DNA of 64,000 nt. It comes from an uncultured bacterium. GTDB taxonomy: Bacteria > Acidobacteriota > HRBIN11 > JAKEFK01. The notes beneath the pieces are model-generated. The model made no database searches, was not told the DNA's origin, and saw only the letters and a program-made list of their open reading frames with translations. The stretch is taken from NCBI GenBank assembly GCA_963777505.1, contig CAVZQN010000004.1, positions 320,001 to 384,000 on the forward strand, read 5' to 3'. Below, one piece after another: positions 17,159 through 30,298 of this stretch. Numbering within the stretch: position 1 is the first letter of the stretch; each line of letters opens with the position of its first letter. The position numbers and the translations under genes were made by a program.

Positions 17159-20100
17159 TTGGTAGTTTCAAAAATCATAAAAAGATTCCTGCGTTGGGCT
17201 TTTCTTTGTGTGCTCATCCTGTCGGGAATTCTTTTGATTGGTATCTTCTTGATTCAGACTTTCGTCTCCGGATTTCTGCAGGATTATGTCTATAAAGAAT
17301 TGGGTTGGTCGCTAAAGATAGGCTCTGCACAAATCCAATTTCATCCTCTCTCAGTGCGTTTGGAATCAATCGAACTTTCAGCAAACAATCACAAACCATT
17401 TCTTCAGGCGAAGTCTGCATCTGTCTCTGTACCGTATTCCTCTTTTTGGGGTGATGAATTTCTGATCCAACAAATGCAGGTTGATTCTCCCAAAATCGAT
17501 CTACAGTTACTGCCGTTAAGAAGTACATCAAAAGACAAAACTGAAAAACCCATGAAATCGTTCCGGATTGAGAGGGCAATCGTTCATTCGGGAGAAATTC
17601 AATTCAACAGTAATCAGTTCAAGAAAATTGATTTTGAGTCACAAATCGATCCGCAGGGAATTCAGTTTAGTGAACTGAAATCCGAATTCAACGACATAAG
17701 TTTCAGCGGAAAAGGAAATCTAAAAAATTGGGAAAAACCTGAACTCGATTTTTCTTATGAGGCTCGTGGAAATGTCGTTGGACTTGAACCGTTGTTCCCT
17801 GCGGTTGGAAAATTTAAGGGTGTTGTCTCTGTCCGGGGATCTGCGAAAGGAGATATAAAGCAACCAGTCATTTCAGGTCATGCTGAAAGTTCGAATTTAG
17901 TTTTCGAAGATAGCACTCCATTCTCCTTTGCCGGGCAATACAAATACGATTTCAAAAGCGAGTCAAATCCGATAACAGTCACTGGAGATTTTGCATCCTT
18001 TCCGATCGAAGTAATTGAAAATTACTGGAAGAAAATGCCGCAATTTTCATCACTGGGCAGGGGAACTTTCCACTATTCGGGCAGCGTTGATTTCTGGAAA
18101 GGGAAAGGAAATTTAGGCGTTGTGCTGGAGCCAAAAAACAATGCAAAGATACCAGTTACAGGCCAAGTCAATGCACGGCTGGAAAACGGACTACTGCAAA
18201 TCGAACGAAGCAAGGTTCAGTTTATTAACTCCCAGGTAACCGCAAACGGAACACTCTCCAAAAACAAACTCTCATTAAATACGACTTTGCTGAGTCCTCG
18301 ATTGAAAGACGTTGCTTTTCTGCATCCAAAACTTGCTTCAATTCCTGGGACTTTTCGCGTTCAGGCTCAGTTAACAGGCGCTTACAACAATATCAATGCT
18401 CACGGCGAACTATCGGGACAATCAGGGAATTCTGTGATTCAGGCAAAAGGGAACACGAGCTTTGGAACTAAGAGGGTTTCTCTTGAATTTTCCGGAAATA
18501 CAACTGCTGAAGATCTGCGTACCTTTTTGCCGGACCTTAAGAAAGGAGAAGCGCAATTTGAGGGGTCTTTAGAAGGAACATTCAAGAAGCCTATTGTGAA
18601 TGCGTCATTGACAGGAAATGATCTTCAATTTCAAAAAATTAGAATGCAAAGTTTTTCCGGACAAGTGGTGACAGAAGGGAATCGATTACAGTTCCATGCC
18701 GAGGTGCCGGAAACCGGATTGCAGATGGATGGATCGTATTTGTTGAATACGCATGCATATGAAATCCGAGGAAGCGCAGAGGAATCCTCTTTAGAGACAC
18801 TTCTCGCTATGTATGATGAACCTTTGGTTCCTATTCACGGAAATGTATATACAGACTTTGAGGCAACAGGATATGTTCATCGATGGAAGGAATCGAGTGG
18901 AAAAATTCATCTTCGGATACCTGAACTGCAATGGCAAGAAGTTTCGTTCAGTATTCCTGATACTGAGATTCAGATCGAAAAGGGCGTCGCGCATCTCGAT
19001 GTTCGTGCTGAGTCCCCAAACGGTCAAGTAAATGTACGCGGAACCGCAACATTGCGGTCCGATTTTCCTTTGGATCTTCAAATCGATGGAAAGGCTAATG
19101 GGGAATTGCTGGAAAAAATTTCTAAGGATTTGAAGGCTGGGGGTGAGGTGAGGTTTGATGCAACCGTTCTGGGATCTGCTTCAAAACCAAAAATCGAAGG
19201 CAAGCTGTTAACCGAAAACCTCAATGTGAATTTTCTTCCGAAAGAATGGAAGTTCTTATTCCAGAGCGCTGAAGTGAATCTTTCAGAACATGCAGTAAGT
19301 GTAGAAGCGAATGGCAATCTAAATGGTTCAGAATTTTCCTGGAACGGAATAATCCCCCTGGAAAGCGGCGATGGCAATCTTCATTTCGAAATTTCGGATC
19401 TTCCAGTAGCCACATTAAGACTCGGTACAAACGTATCTGGGAATATTAGTGTTGCAGGCGACCTTAAAGGCAAAGGCACTTTATTGCGTGAATTAAACAA
19501 AGGCGGATCAATTCAAAAAGCATTTGATGAGTTGTCGGGAAATATTTCAGTTTCTCCTTCAAATTTAAAACTCGGTAAAAACGATCTAGTTGTTGACGCC
19601 CCTATTGTTCTTACCATTCAAAATCAAGAACTTCATTTGGCGTCTACGCGGATCCGGTCTGGGGAATTGTTGGATTTTCAAAGTTCCGGAAAGCTGAATT
19701 TGGGAACAGGCCGGATTGAATCAAGTATGCATTTGGCAGCCAGAATCGATCTGCTTTCCAACTTGAAAGCAGACATTCAAAGCAGCGGACCATTGACAGC
19801 GGATTTGCAGTTGAACGGGACGCTAAAAAATCCTGAATACAAGGGAACCATACAGTTAAAGGATGTATCGCTGCGTATTCCGGACTCACCCTTGATTCTG
19901 GAACACGTGAATTTGCTGGCATCTCTGGATAATAAGCGTCTTCGATTGGACAAATTGGAAGCGCGATCAGGCGGCGGTGTGATCACAGGCGGAGGCGAAC
20001 TGATCTCAGGAGTTCAAGGGAGTCAGGTTTGGGTTCAAGGTAAAAATGTGGCAGCGAATTATCCGGAAGAATTGCGTAGCCACTTAGATTTTGACTTGAA

Positions 20101-23100
20101 ATTGAGCGCAATAGATTCCGATGTACAGCTATCGGGAGACGTGCGTATTTTAAGATCCCTTTATGAGCAACAGCTCACGTACAAAAATCCGATCATTCGA
20201 CGGCTACTTGCTGCGAGCACAGAACTAACCTCGGAAAAACATTTTAAAAACAAATTAAAACTTGCTGCTCGATATCCGGACGGTACAAGATTTGAGACTG
20301 AAAAATAACGCCGCTGTCTTGCGCGCAGGCGCCAATCTGAAAGTGGGAGGCAGTCTTATATAGGCCCAAGGTTACAGGGCGTTTGAATATCCGGGCAGGA
20401 AGCCGCATTTTTCTCTCCGGCAATCAGTATGATGTTGAAAAGGCTACCGTGGAATTCTTCGGTAGTGAGTCGATTGAGCCGGAGCTGGATATAGCTCTTT
20501 CGTCATTGGTGCGCGATATTGAAACAGATACTTTTTACGAAGTTTTTATTCCGTTTGGCGGAAGGCCTTCGCAAATCGAGTTCAAGAACATCAGGTCTAC
20601 GCCCTCACTCTCTCAGGATCAGATTTTCTCTCTTGTCACTCATGGCACCGTTCATTCTGAACAAGTTGGATCCAGGGGCCTGTTCCAGCAGCAGATTATC
20701 TCGTTTTTTGCGGGTCAGACGTTAGGTGCACCCGCCGCCGTAATTGCCAAATCAATCGGGCTATCACGAATTAAGCTCCAACAAGAAGGACTTGGTTCGG
20801 TCAATGATCCGAAAACAAGATTGATGCTGGGAAAGGATATTGGTGCTGGATTCAGTTTAATTTATTCCTTCGTCTTGAATGATCCTGATGAACAAACATG
20901 GATAGCAACATATCGATATGGACGAAACATCATTGGCAGGTTTATCGATCAGGATGATGGCACATACACGACTAGCGTCAGTCACAGGATTCAGTTTGGC
21001 AAAGGAGCCAAACAGAGCTCCTTTTCAGCTCGTTCCAGGAAAAAAGAGCGCGGTTTACGAGTGACTTCCATCGATCTAAAAAACAACTCTCCGCTTACTG
21101 ATCAGCAGATTTACCAATACCTCAAAATTGAAGTAGGTGACGATTACGATTACTGGGATTTTCAAGAATATTCGGACGATTTGAAAAAAGAACTTCAAAA
21201 AATGGAGTATCTGTATCCTGTGATCGATGTTCGCGAAACCGAGACTGAAAATGATCTTGTTGCCCTGGCGATTGAAATTCATTCAGGCGAACGTTCCCAA
21301 ATGATTTTCAATGGATATGAGGTTAGTGGAAAAATGTTGAACGGCTACAAAAAGATGTGGCGCGCTGGAATTTCGGCTGTTGTAGTTCAGCAAATGATCC
21401 GGGAAGATCTTCTGCGAGAAATTCAGTTAGACGGTTTTTACAACGCATCTGTAAATACGGAGATTAAAAAGTCAGAACCCTACACCATTTATCATTATGA
21501 TGTAACTCCGGGTCCGCGATTTACATCTGTAGAATTGCAGTTTCATGGGACCCACCATTATGACCCGGAGATTTTACAAAAGGACCTTGTTCGGCTTTAT
21601 AAATCAGAAGAAGAGTTATTTCGTGAAGCCATTCATAAGCCATCTGATTTTTCTGAAAAAATCAAAATGCTCTATTTGCAGATGGGATATTTGCGCGCCA
21701 TAGCTAAGCCTGGATCGGTTCAGTTTTTGGCGGAATCAGGCAAGATCGTAAGAGCTGTCCAAATTGAAGAAGGTTCGGCCAGTCATGTTGCTCAAGTAAC
21801 TTTCTCAAAAGGTGAACCTGTTCCGGATTCCATGCGATCGAAACTGCAGTTGCAGGAAGGTGAGGTGTTTCAGCCAGACGGGCTGCTGAAGGACGAACAG
21901 ACAATCCACGATTTCTATGAGTCCAATGGCCATCAGGATGTTTCGGTCCGCTACAACATGGAGTTTAGTAAGGGCACTTCAAACCTTGTAGTGAATTGGG
22001 TGTTGGATATGGGACCGGTTGCCAGAATCGCGTCAATTCGAATTGAAGGAAATCAAAGCACGCGTACCGATTTGATTCTAAAACAGATCGGTTTGAAGGA
22101 AGGAGACTTACTCACGCATGAGAATCGTTCACTCGCAAGAAAACGCCTTTCGGACCTTGGAGTTTTCCAACAAACAGTACTTGAGACTGAAGAGACAGAA
22201 GTGCAGGGATCATACGATCTGGTGGTCCATCTTGTCGAAAATAAGAAGTATGAATTTCAATATGGAGGGCGATACAACACGGACGACAAAGCCGGTGCAG
22301 AAATTCGTCTTTCCGATTTCAATTTTTTGGGAAGAGCACAAAACTTAGCGTTGTATCTGCGGACTACTCTTGATCAACCGCTTTTCCGAATCGATTACTC
22401 ATTGCCTGTAACGGGGAGTTTCTGGGATCGAACCCGCTTTTCGATCTTCCGCGATGAGACCGATGAAGATGTACGCGCAACCATTTCTGGCGATCTTGTA
22501 AAAATTCCGTTCGATCACAGGCAGCTAACATTCCAATTCCAACAAGACCATAAATTGTGGAACTTTTATCGTCTGATCTACAGTTTTGAATACGGATCGA
22601 TCACCGCTGATTTTCGGGATCTCGCAACCAACGTCCCACTCCAATTTGAAGGGAAAGAAGCTGTATTTAGAGCCGCATTCCTGGCTGATAACCGCGATGA
22701 TCCCTTGAATGCTACACGCGGCTATTTTTACTCTGTAGACGGCGAATTTGCACCAATATTATTTGGCAGTGACATCAGCTATGCGAAGAATTTCTCCCAG
22801 ATCTTCTATTACAAAAAATTCGGAAAGTTTATTTTCGCATCCGGAGTACGGGCAGGTTTCTTGAAACTCCGCAGCAACATTCTTACGATTGAAGAAAAAT
22901 TCAGAACTGGCGGAAGCACATCATTGAGGGGTTTCGAACATAACACTGTAGTTCCGGGTGACGATCTGATCAGCATATTTTTTGGCGGCGATTCCGTGTT
23001 CATCTTGAATGAAGAAATCCGTTTTCCGATTTACAAATGGTTCTCAGGTGCCGTTTTTTACGATGGCGGAAATGTCTACCTTAAAGCTTCAGATTTTGAT

Positions 23101-23247
23101 CCAACGAACATCAGGCATTCTGCCGGTTTCGGAGTTCGTCTAGGAGCAGGCGGATTTGTTCTACGCTTCGATTTTGGTTTCAATCTTGATCCGGATGATG
23201 ACGAATCACAAGCCGTTTTTCATTTCGGAATCGGCCAGGCTTTCTAG
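17159..23247 (+). CDS. TamB/AsmA-like protein fused to POTRA plus Omp85 (TamA/BamA-like) barrel; frameshifts around 20265-20375
   Basis: N-terminal TM anchor, beta-taco repeats, DUF490-like LDIRTVQDLRLKNN...RLMLGKDIG; POTRA (IRIEGNQSTRTDLI...LSDLGVF); FRTGGSTSLRGF; C-terminal FHFGIGQAF. Confidence 0.82.
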
Positions 23248-23250
23248 GAT

Positions 23251-24346
23251 TTAACCACGAAGGTCACGAAGTTTGAATTTATTAATAAGATCTTCGTGAT
23301 GCTTCGTGATCTTCGTGGTTAAACATTTACCACGCAGGATCCAGGTTTCGATTGAACCTTTACCTTTGACCTCGATTGACCCACGTTCTTCGAAGGTGTA
23401 TTGCTCGCGCATTTTTTCAAACACGGACCGAGTTACTTGAATGGCATCGGGAATGCCATGAGATTCCATGCGGCTTGCTAGGTTCACAGTGTCACCCCAG
23501 AGGTCATAGATAAACTTGCGGCTTCCAATAATTCCGGCAACAACAGGGCCGGAATTCACACCAATGCGTAAACGCAAAGTTATATCCCGGTCTTTACTGA
23601 TTTCCTGGCTAACTTGTATCATCCGAACCGCCATGGTCATGATCTGCTCAACATGGTTTGCGCAAGGCTCCGGTAATCCGGAAACTGCCATGTAGGCATC
23701 ACCTATCGTCTTAATTTTTTCAATACCCAACTCGCGCGCTGCCAGATCAAATCGCGTAAAAAGATCATTCAGCAGTTCGACGACTTCTTGTGCTGGCATA
23801 GTCCCTGCCAGTTCTGTGAAGCCCACAATGTCGGCAAACAGTACGGTCACCTCAGCAAAGTGTATCTGCGATGTGATCGTCTCCTGATTTCAGCCGTTCA
23901 GCTATCGGTGCCGGAAGAATGTTTAACAATAGTCGTTCGTTTTCGCGACGCAGTCGATCGATGGAAAGATGAGTATTCACACGTGCCAGGAGCTCAGGAG
24001 GATTAAAGGGTTTACTGACATAATCGACCGCTCCCAATTCGAATCCGTGCACGATATCGGCCGTTTCAGTTTTTGCGGTCAGAAAAATAATCGGGATGTC
24101 ATGCCATTCAGCGTGACTCCTTCAATCGCGCGCAGGCTTCAAATCCATCCATTTCAGGCATCATTACGTCAAGCAAAATAAGATCCGGCCGGATTCGTGC
24201 GACGACTTCTAGGGCTTGACGGCCGTTGGTTGCAACACTGATTTCGTAGCCATTCCTTTCAAAATGGCTGAGAGTGACTGAATGTTTGCTGGTGTATCAT
24301 CGACAATCAGGATTCGACCACCAATTTTAGATTGTGCCGTTGTCAT
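23251..24346 (-). CDS. Response regulator-class III adenylate cyclase (frameshifted)
   Basis: [12 protein letters not shown]...[10 protein letters not shown]; [14 protein letters not shown]; [35 protein letters not shown]. Confidence 0.88.
23252..23322. repeat. Inverted-repeat (REPIN/MITE-like) element of the ACCACGAAG family
   Basis: TAACCACGAAGGTCACGAAG...CTTCGTGATCTTCGTGGTTAA; related half-copies near 6431, 12275 and 36870. Confidence 0.6.
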
Positions 24347-27300
24347 AACGGAACGCCCTTCTGCTTGGCCACTTGTTGCAATACAGTCAATGCATCCGCG
24401 AAGGCGAAACTGCTCATCTGTTTTTCGAATGTTTCAAATGTCTCGGGAGTGAAGAAGGATTGAAATGCATCACGGTGAGCATCAAATAACTCACCTGCCG
24501 TTGGATCGAAGTTGTTCAGGTTGGCAATCATTTCTTGTACGAGCTTCTTGAGTTGATCGGGATCAACCTGAGTAATAACGGAAGGTTGTGACGGACTTTG
24601 CAGCGGAAGGGCAGCAGCGCAAACGGGAAACAAAGTCATCCAAAACCGAAGCAAAGTTTTTGCGCGTCTCTTCTAATACAATAGTAGAAGTTTTGTTAGC
24701 GATCGCTTTTTCAAGCGTGCCAGCAACTTGTTGTAGTTCGCGAGCGCCAAGGTTTCCGGCGACACCTTTCACAGTATGGGCGAGGCGTTCGGCTGACAAC
24801 GAATCATTGGCCGCCAGCGCTTCAGCAATTTGTACAGCTGCCGGAGCTTGTTGTGTCAGGAACTGACGAAGCAGTTTCAGATATAGCGTTCGATTTCCTC
24901 CAACGCGAGTCAAACCGTCTTTTGTATCAAGACCTTCAACCTTCGGGATTTCACCAGATTCCGTCTGCTCGCTTTGTGATTGTTCTGATTTAACAACCTG
25001 TGCGTGCTCTGATGGTTTGTAGAATCGGCTGAGGGTATCGTAAAGCAGCGCTGGATCGATTGGTTTCGATACGTGATCATTCATACCGATTTCGAGACAG
25101 CGCTGGCGCTCTTCCGTTGTTGCATGAGCTGTCATCGCGATGATAGGTAGTTTTGCGAAGCGCGAATCGGAACGGATTTTTGTAGTCGCTTGATGGCCGT
25201 CCATTTCCGGCATTTGAAGATCCATAAGTACGATATCGTAAGGCATCGCGCCACTATGTTGAAATAGTTTTTCTACAGCTTCACGCCCATTGTTTGCAAC
25301 ATCGACTGTTGCACCGACACCTTCCAGCAATTCGATTGCAATTTGCTGATTGATATCATTGTCCTCTGCTAACAAAATGCGAAGACCTTGAAGGCGAGTT
25401 GTATCTTTAGCACTTTCGGAATCAGCCGAAGCGGTTTCAACCATTGTTGCAGCATAGATGTTTACAAGAGCGTCCACCAACATAGATTTCGTGACCGGCT
25501 TCAAAAGGAAACCATCAAGATGTAGATGCTCTGCTTCTTCACGAACTTCCTCGCGGCCAAATGCAGTGACAAGCACAATCGCAGGTTGATGCAACAACGT
25601 TTCATCGCTCTTAATGAGGCGGGAAGCTTGAAGTCCATCCATGCCGGGCATACGCCAATCCATGAAAATAATGTCGTATGGTTGATCGGAATCCATCTGT
25701 TTTACTGCGTCTATTGCATGTGGGTCCAGATGGCAACTACATCCACTCGTTGAACAATGCTACGAAGCGATTCTTGAATGATTTCACACGCAGCTGGATT
25801 GTCATCTACAACCAGCGACTTCAGATTCTGCAAGCGTTCAGGGACGATCTTTCCTGAACCTTTTTCCTCTCCGACACCAAGCCAAACGGTGAATGAGAAC
25901 GTGCTTCCTTCACCCGGCTCGCTTTCTAGCCAGATCTGTCCTCCCATCATTTCGACCAATCGCCGGCATATCGTTAAACCGAGTCCGGTGCCGCCATGTT
26001 TGCGGGTTGTAGACATGTCGGCTTGAGTGAACGGTTGGAAAAGTTTTGCAGCCTGCTCAGTTGTCATTCCGAAGACCGGTATCTTGAACGGAAAATTTTA
26101 ATTGACATTTATCTCCGGTGCGTTCCAGTAGTTCTGCTTTCAGACGGATTTCGCCGCTCTCTGTGAATTTCACTGCATTGTTGACAAGGTTGGTTAGGAT
26201 CTGTCCAAGCCGCAGCGGATCACCAAGCAGGAATTGAGGTACCGATCCGGGAACATCTGCAAGAAACTCCAGGCCTTTTTCGTGCGCTTTTTGGCCGGTA
26301 ACAGTGGTGACTGAACTAATGACATCATCAAGTTTGAAATCTGTTTCTTCGAATATCGAGTTTGCCTGCTTCGATTTTGGAGAAGTCCAGAATATCGTTG
26401 ATGATGGCAAGCAACGATGTACCGGCATTGTGAACTTTATTCAGATAATCCCGTTGTTTGGCGTTCAGTGGTGTCTTCAACGCAAGATAAGAGAGACCGA
26501 TGATTGCGTTCATCGGTGTGCGAATTTCGTGGCTCATGTTTGCGAGAAACATCGACTTCATCTGCGTGGCTTCATCAGCTTTTTCTTTGGCCTGACGAAG
26601 ATCCTGTTCTAACCTTTTGGACTCAGTAATGTCCTGATAAACGCCGTACATATGCTGCGCTGCGCCATCATCTCCCCGAGCCACCTGACCGGCGGCATGC
26701 AGCCAGGCGATCCGGCCGTCAGCTGGACGCTTGTAGGCATACACTGCATCGTAGCTTTTGTAGCGACCGTCGATGGCGCCCTGATACTTCTCAGCAGTCT
26801 GCTTCGCTAACTCCTCATCCGCTTCAACCAACCGTGAAAACCATTCATTTTGTAAGTGATAACGACCGTCAGCTTTCGGCTGTTCTCCAAGAATCCTGGC
26901 CGCTCGTTCCGACTGATAGTAGTATTCCGGATCAGAGTAATCGATTTCCCAGTAAGCGCAGCCACTCAGTTCTAATGCAATATCAGAAAGGAAGTTTGCT
27001 TTTCGTATCGCGCTTTCAGTCTTTTTGCGTTCAGTGACGTCTCGAATGGAAACTGCAACCTCTGCAGCATGACCTTCCCGCGAGGTCAAAGGACTCAGAC
27101 CAATCTCCACAGGAAAGAGTGAACCATCCTTCCGTTGGGCACTGAGTTCACGACCGGATCCCATATTGCGGGCTTTCGGAGAACGATGAAAATCCTCTCG
27201 TAGTCCCGGATGATGTCCGCGAATATTGTCAGGTACAAGCATTTCGACTTTTTTGCCTATAAGTTCATCCTGTGTGTATCCAAATAGTTGTTCGCATTGC

Positions 27301-28706
27301 ACATTGGCCAATTGGATAACGCCATCTGCGTTGATCACCATCAATCCATCCGGAGCCAATTCCAGTACATTTCGAAAGAACTGCTCGGTTTCGCGTGTCC
27401 GCTGTTCGCTGATCTTAACTTGTTCCAGTAACTGCTGCGTACGAAGATTGCGCTGAAGCACATCCAGTTTGAGAGTCACCGTTGCTGCAGACTCCTCAAG
27501 CAATGTTCGTTGTTCGTTCGTCAATGAAGAAAACGAAGCAACTTCAATGACTGCAAGCACGCGATCTTGAGTTGCAACGGGAATTGCTGCGAGAAAACGT
27601 GGTGATCCCTGCCCCAATCCAGAAGCGATCTTGATGTAATTTGGTGGAAGATCGTTCAGTATAATTACTTTTCTTTCAACTGCTGCCTGCCCAGCTATCC
27701 CTTCACCGGGAAGAAACGTGCTGCCTTCATTGTGGCCATTTTCAAAACCGTAGCTGCTTACAAAATGAAAACGTTCGTCACCTTCTTGAAACAAATGAAA
27801 TGCACCATAGCCTCCGCCAATCAACGGCACAAGAGTTGAAAGCAAGCGCCGGCCGAAGTCATCCGGTTGTTCAGCACCCTGAAGTTTGTCCGCAATTTCA
27901 GCTAGACTTGTTTTGACCCATTGCTGTCGATCTGCTTCATCCACCGTGACGCGATACTTCTCAATTGACCGAGCCACTTCTCCAATTTCAGATGTCTCTT
28001 GTTGATAGCCGATTTCTGCGCCGGCCTTTCGCGCAATTAAGTTCGTGAGGCTTTGAGTCAGATTCGCGAGTGGATTCACAACCCGGCGCCTGTAAAAAAA
28101 GATCAGAACACCTAGGATCGTTATCGCATTTAGTAGAAGGACAGAAAGTGCAATGTTGTCCAACAATCGTGCACGATCTGCGAGTTGCGTTGCATTCGAA
28201 GTGAAGCGCTGTTCCATCAAATGACGGCATTCAGCGATAGGCTCCATAATGGAAGCTTTAGCCGATACATACTCCGGACTATATACAATCTGAATTGCTC
28301 GTGAATAATCATGCCTGTCAACTGCTGCAAATGCTTCATTTTCCAGTGACACTAGCTTGTCGGAGTTGCGTTTCGCGCGCGAGATAAGCTCGCTTTCCCT
28401 CTTCGTCATACCGACGTTTTGCAAACCTTCAACGGCAATTTCACGATTACGGTCTACAATGAGTTCTTTCTGAAAGGTATCAAAATAGCGCTTGTCCCCT
28501 GTGGCGGCATAAGCGCGCACAGAGTTCGTCAAAGTGTCGCTCCCTGCGGCAAGTTGGTCGGAGAAAGCGGTCATCCTTCTCCGAGATTCGTAGTTATTCT
28601 GAGAAATAATCCAGTAATAACGCGCGATCAGCGCAAAAGCAATCGCAACCAACGACAAAACGATTACGACGAAAGTTATGATTTGACTCGTTCGTTTGAT
28701 TTTCAT
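24343..28706 (-). CDS. Hybrid sensor histidine kinase (TM-sensor, HAMP, GAF, PAS, HisKA, HATPase, 2 REC, Hpt), frameshifted
   Basis: [15 protein letters not shown]; LVNNAVKFT; GGTGLGL; MDWRMP and MDLQMP receivers; [14 protein letters not shown] Hpt; spread over 5 ORF pieces. Confidence 0.9.
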
Positions 28707-28847
28707 GTCTGATGGAAAGAACCGGAAAATAAATTGTATTGCCTTTTTAGGTTACCGGCAAACTTCCTCGTCATTTGCGACAAACGATTATAATCATTAG
28801 AAGGATGAAGCATAATAGATTGATCAAATTCAACAGGAGGTATTTCG

Positions 28848-29228
28848 ATGCCATTGAAAGTAGGCGTAGAAAAAAAAGACGAAAGCACGTTCATAGTTCG
28901 TCCGGCAGGGTCGATTGATTCAAATACGTTTATGACGATGCAGACCGAGCTGGACTCAATATTGGAAAAGTCACCGAAGGTCATCATTTTCGATATGAAG
29001 GATGTCAGCTATGTTAGCAGTGCAGGTGTAGGTGTCGTACTGTCATCAGAGAAGTCATTAAGACTCAATAACGGAAAAGTATTGATGGTTAATCTTCAGC
29101 CACAAATTAAGAAAGTATTCGATATCGTAAAGGCTCTGCCCGATCAACAGATATTCAGCAGCGTTCAGGAAATGGATAAATACTTAAGTGAAATTCAACG
29201 TAAAGTGAAAGAGGGCGAAATCCAGTAG
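28848..29228 (+). CDS. STAS anti-anti-sigma factor (RsbV/SpoIIAA-like)
   Basis: GSIDS, DMKDVSYVSSAG, NLQPQIKKVFDI. Confidence 0.9.
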   Translation: MPLKVGVEKKDESTFIVRPAGSIDSNTFMTMQTELDSILEKSPKVIIFDMKDVSYVSSAGVGVVLSSEKSLRLNNGKVLMVNLQPQIKKVFDIVKALPDQQIFSSVQEMDKYLSEIQRKVKEGEIQ

Positions 29229-29642
29229 ATGAAAGATTTCGTAATTAAGAATGATCTCGCAGAAATAGAGGGCCTAACGGAAGCGGTCGTAAATTACTTT
29301 AGGGACGATGGTATTGCCGACGCAGTTTGTTTCGATATCCGGCTTGCACTGGAGGAGGCTGTTTCAAATGCAATCAAATATGGGTATGAAGATCAACAGG
29401 TACACACAATTCATGTTCGGGTTGGGTTTGAGAATGATAATTTGATTCTGGAAATTGAAGATGACGCAAAGGCATTCAATCCACTCGACGCTCCAAATCC
29501 GAACCTATTATTGCCTGTTGAGGAAAAACCAATTGGCACTCTTGGAATCTACCTCATGCGTGCTGTAATGGATCAGATCGACTACAAACGAACAAGCACG
29601 AAAAACATTCTTCGTATGACGAAGGTTGTAGAACGGAGCTGA
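29229..29642 (+). CDS. Anti-sigma factor Ser kinase (RsbW-like)
   Basis: LEEAVSNAIKYG, IEDDAKAFNP, GTLGIYLMRAVMD. Confidence 0.9.
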   Translation: MKDFVIKNDLAEIEGLTEAVVNYFRDDGIADAVCFDIRLALEEAVSNAIKYGYEDQQVHTIHVRVGFENDNLILEIEDDAKAFNPLDAPNPNLLLPVEEKPIGTLGIYLMRAVMDQIDYKRTSTKNILRMTKVVERS

Positions 29643-29679
29643 TCACTCAACCGCTAAGACGTTAAGACAAGGAGAGAAA

Positions 29680-30255
29680 ATGCTAACAAGTCTTCAAAAG
29701 AATTGTTTGTTTGTCTTCATTGTTGCAGCCATGTTCTGCATCAGTTCGGGATTTGCTGAAGATAAATCAGAATTTAAAGAGACCTACAATGCTAATGCAA
29801 TCGCGTTGGGTCAAGGATTGGCTTCCAATCTTCAAGTAACCATAACACGCTGGACAACTGAGGAAGAAAGGAATGTTTTATTGAAAGCGCTTACTGAGCA
29901 AGGCCAGGACGCGATGATTAAGATTTTGGAAAAGCAAAAAGAAACGGGCTTTTTACGTCTTCCAAATACAACGGGATATCGCCTTTATTATGCATACCAA
30001 ACTCAAAAGGATAATAAACGCCGAATCGTTCTTGCAACCGACCGTCCTGTCAGAATGGCTGAAGCATGGCGTAACGGCCGTTCGATGGATTATGCGATTA
30101 CGATGGTTGAATTGAATCTGGATGAAAACAACAAAGGTGAAGGCACTTTGGGATTTGCTCTAAAGTTAAAATTCCATCCAGAGACCAAGCATTTGGAAAT
30201 CGAAAATTATGGCACTGATCCGGTTCAGCTTAGAAATGTAAGAAAGTCGAATTAG
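29680..30255 (+). CDS. Hypothetical exported protein
   Basis: AGGAGA RBS, signal peptide, clean 191-aa ORF. Confidence 0.75.
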   Translation: MLTSLQKNCLFVFIVAAMFCISSGFAEDKSEFKETYNANAIALGQGLASNLQVTITRWTTEEERNVLLKALTEQGQDAMIKILEKQKETGFLRLPNTTGYRLYYAYQTQKDNKRRIVLATDRPVRMAEAWRNGRSMDYAITMVELNLDENNKGEGTLGFALKLKFHPETKHLEIENYGTDPVQLRNVRKSN

Positions 30256-30298
30256 TTTCACGCTGGTATGTTGCGTGCCTTAAATCTAAGATATTTAG

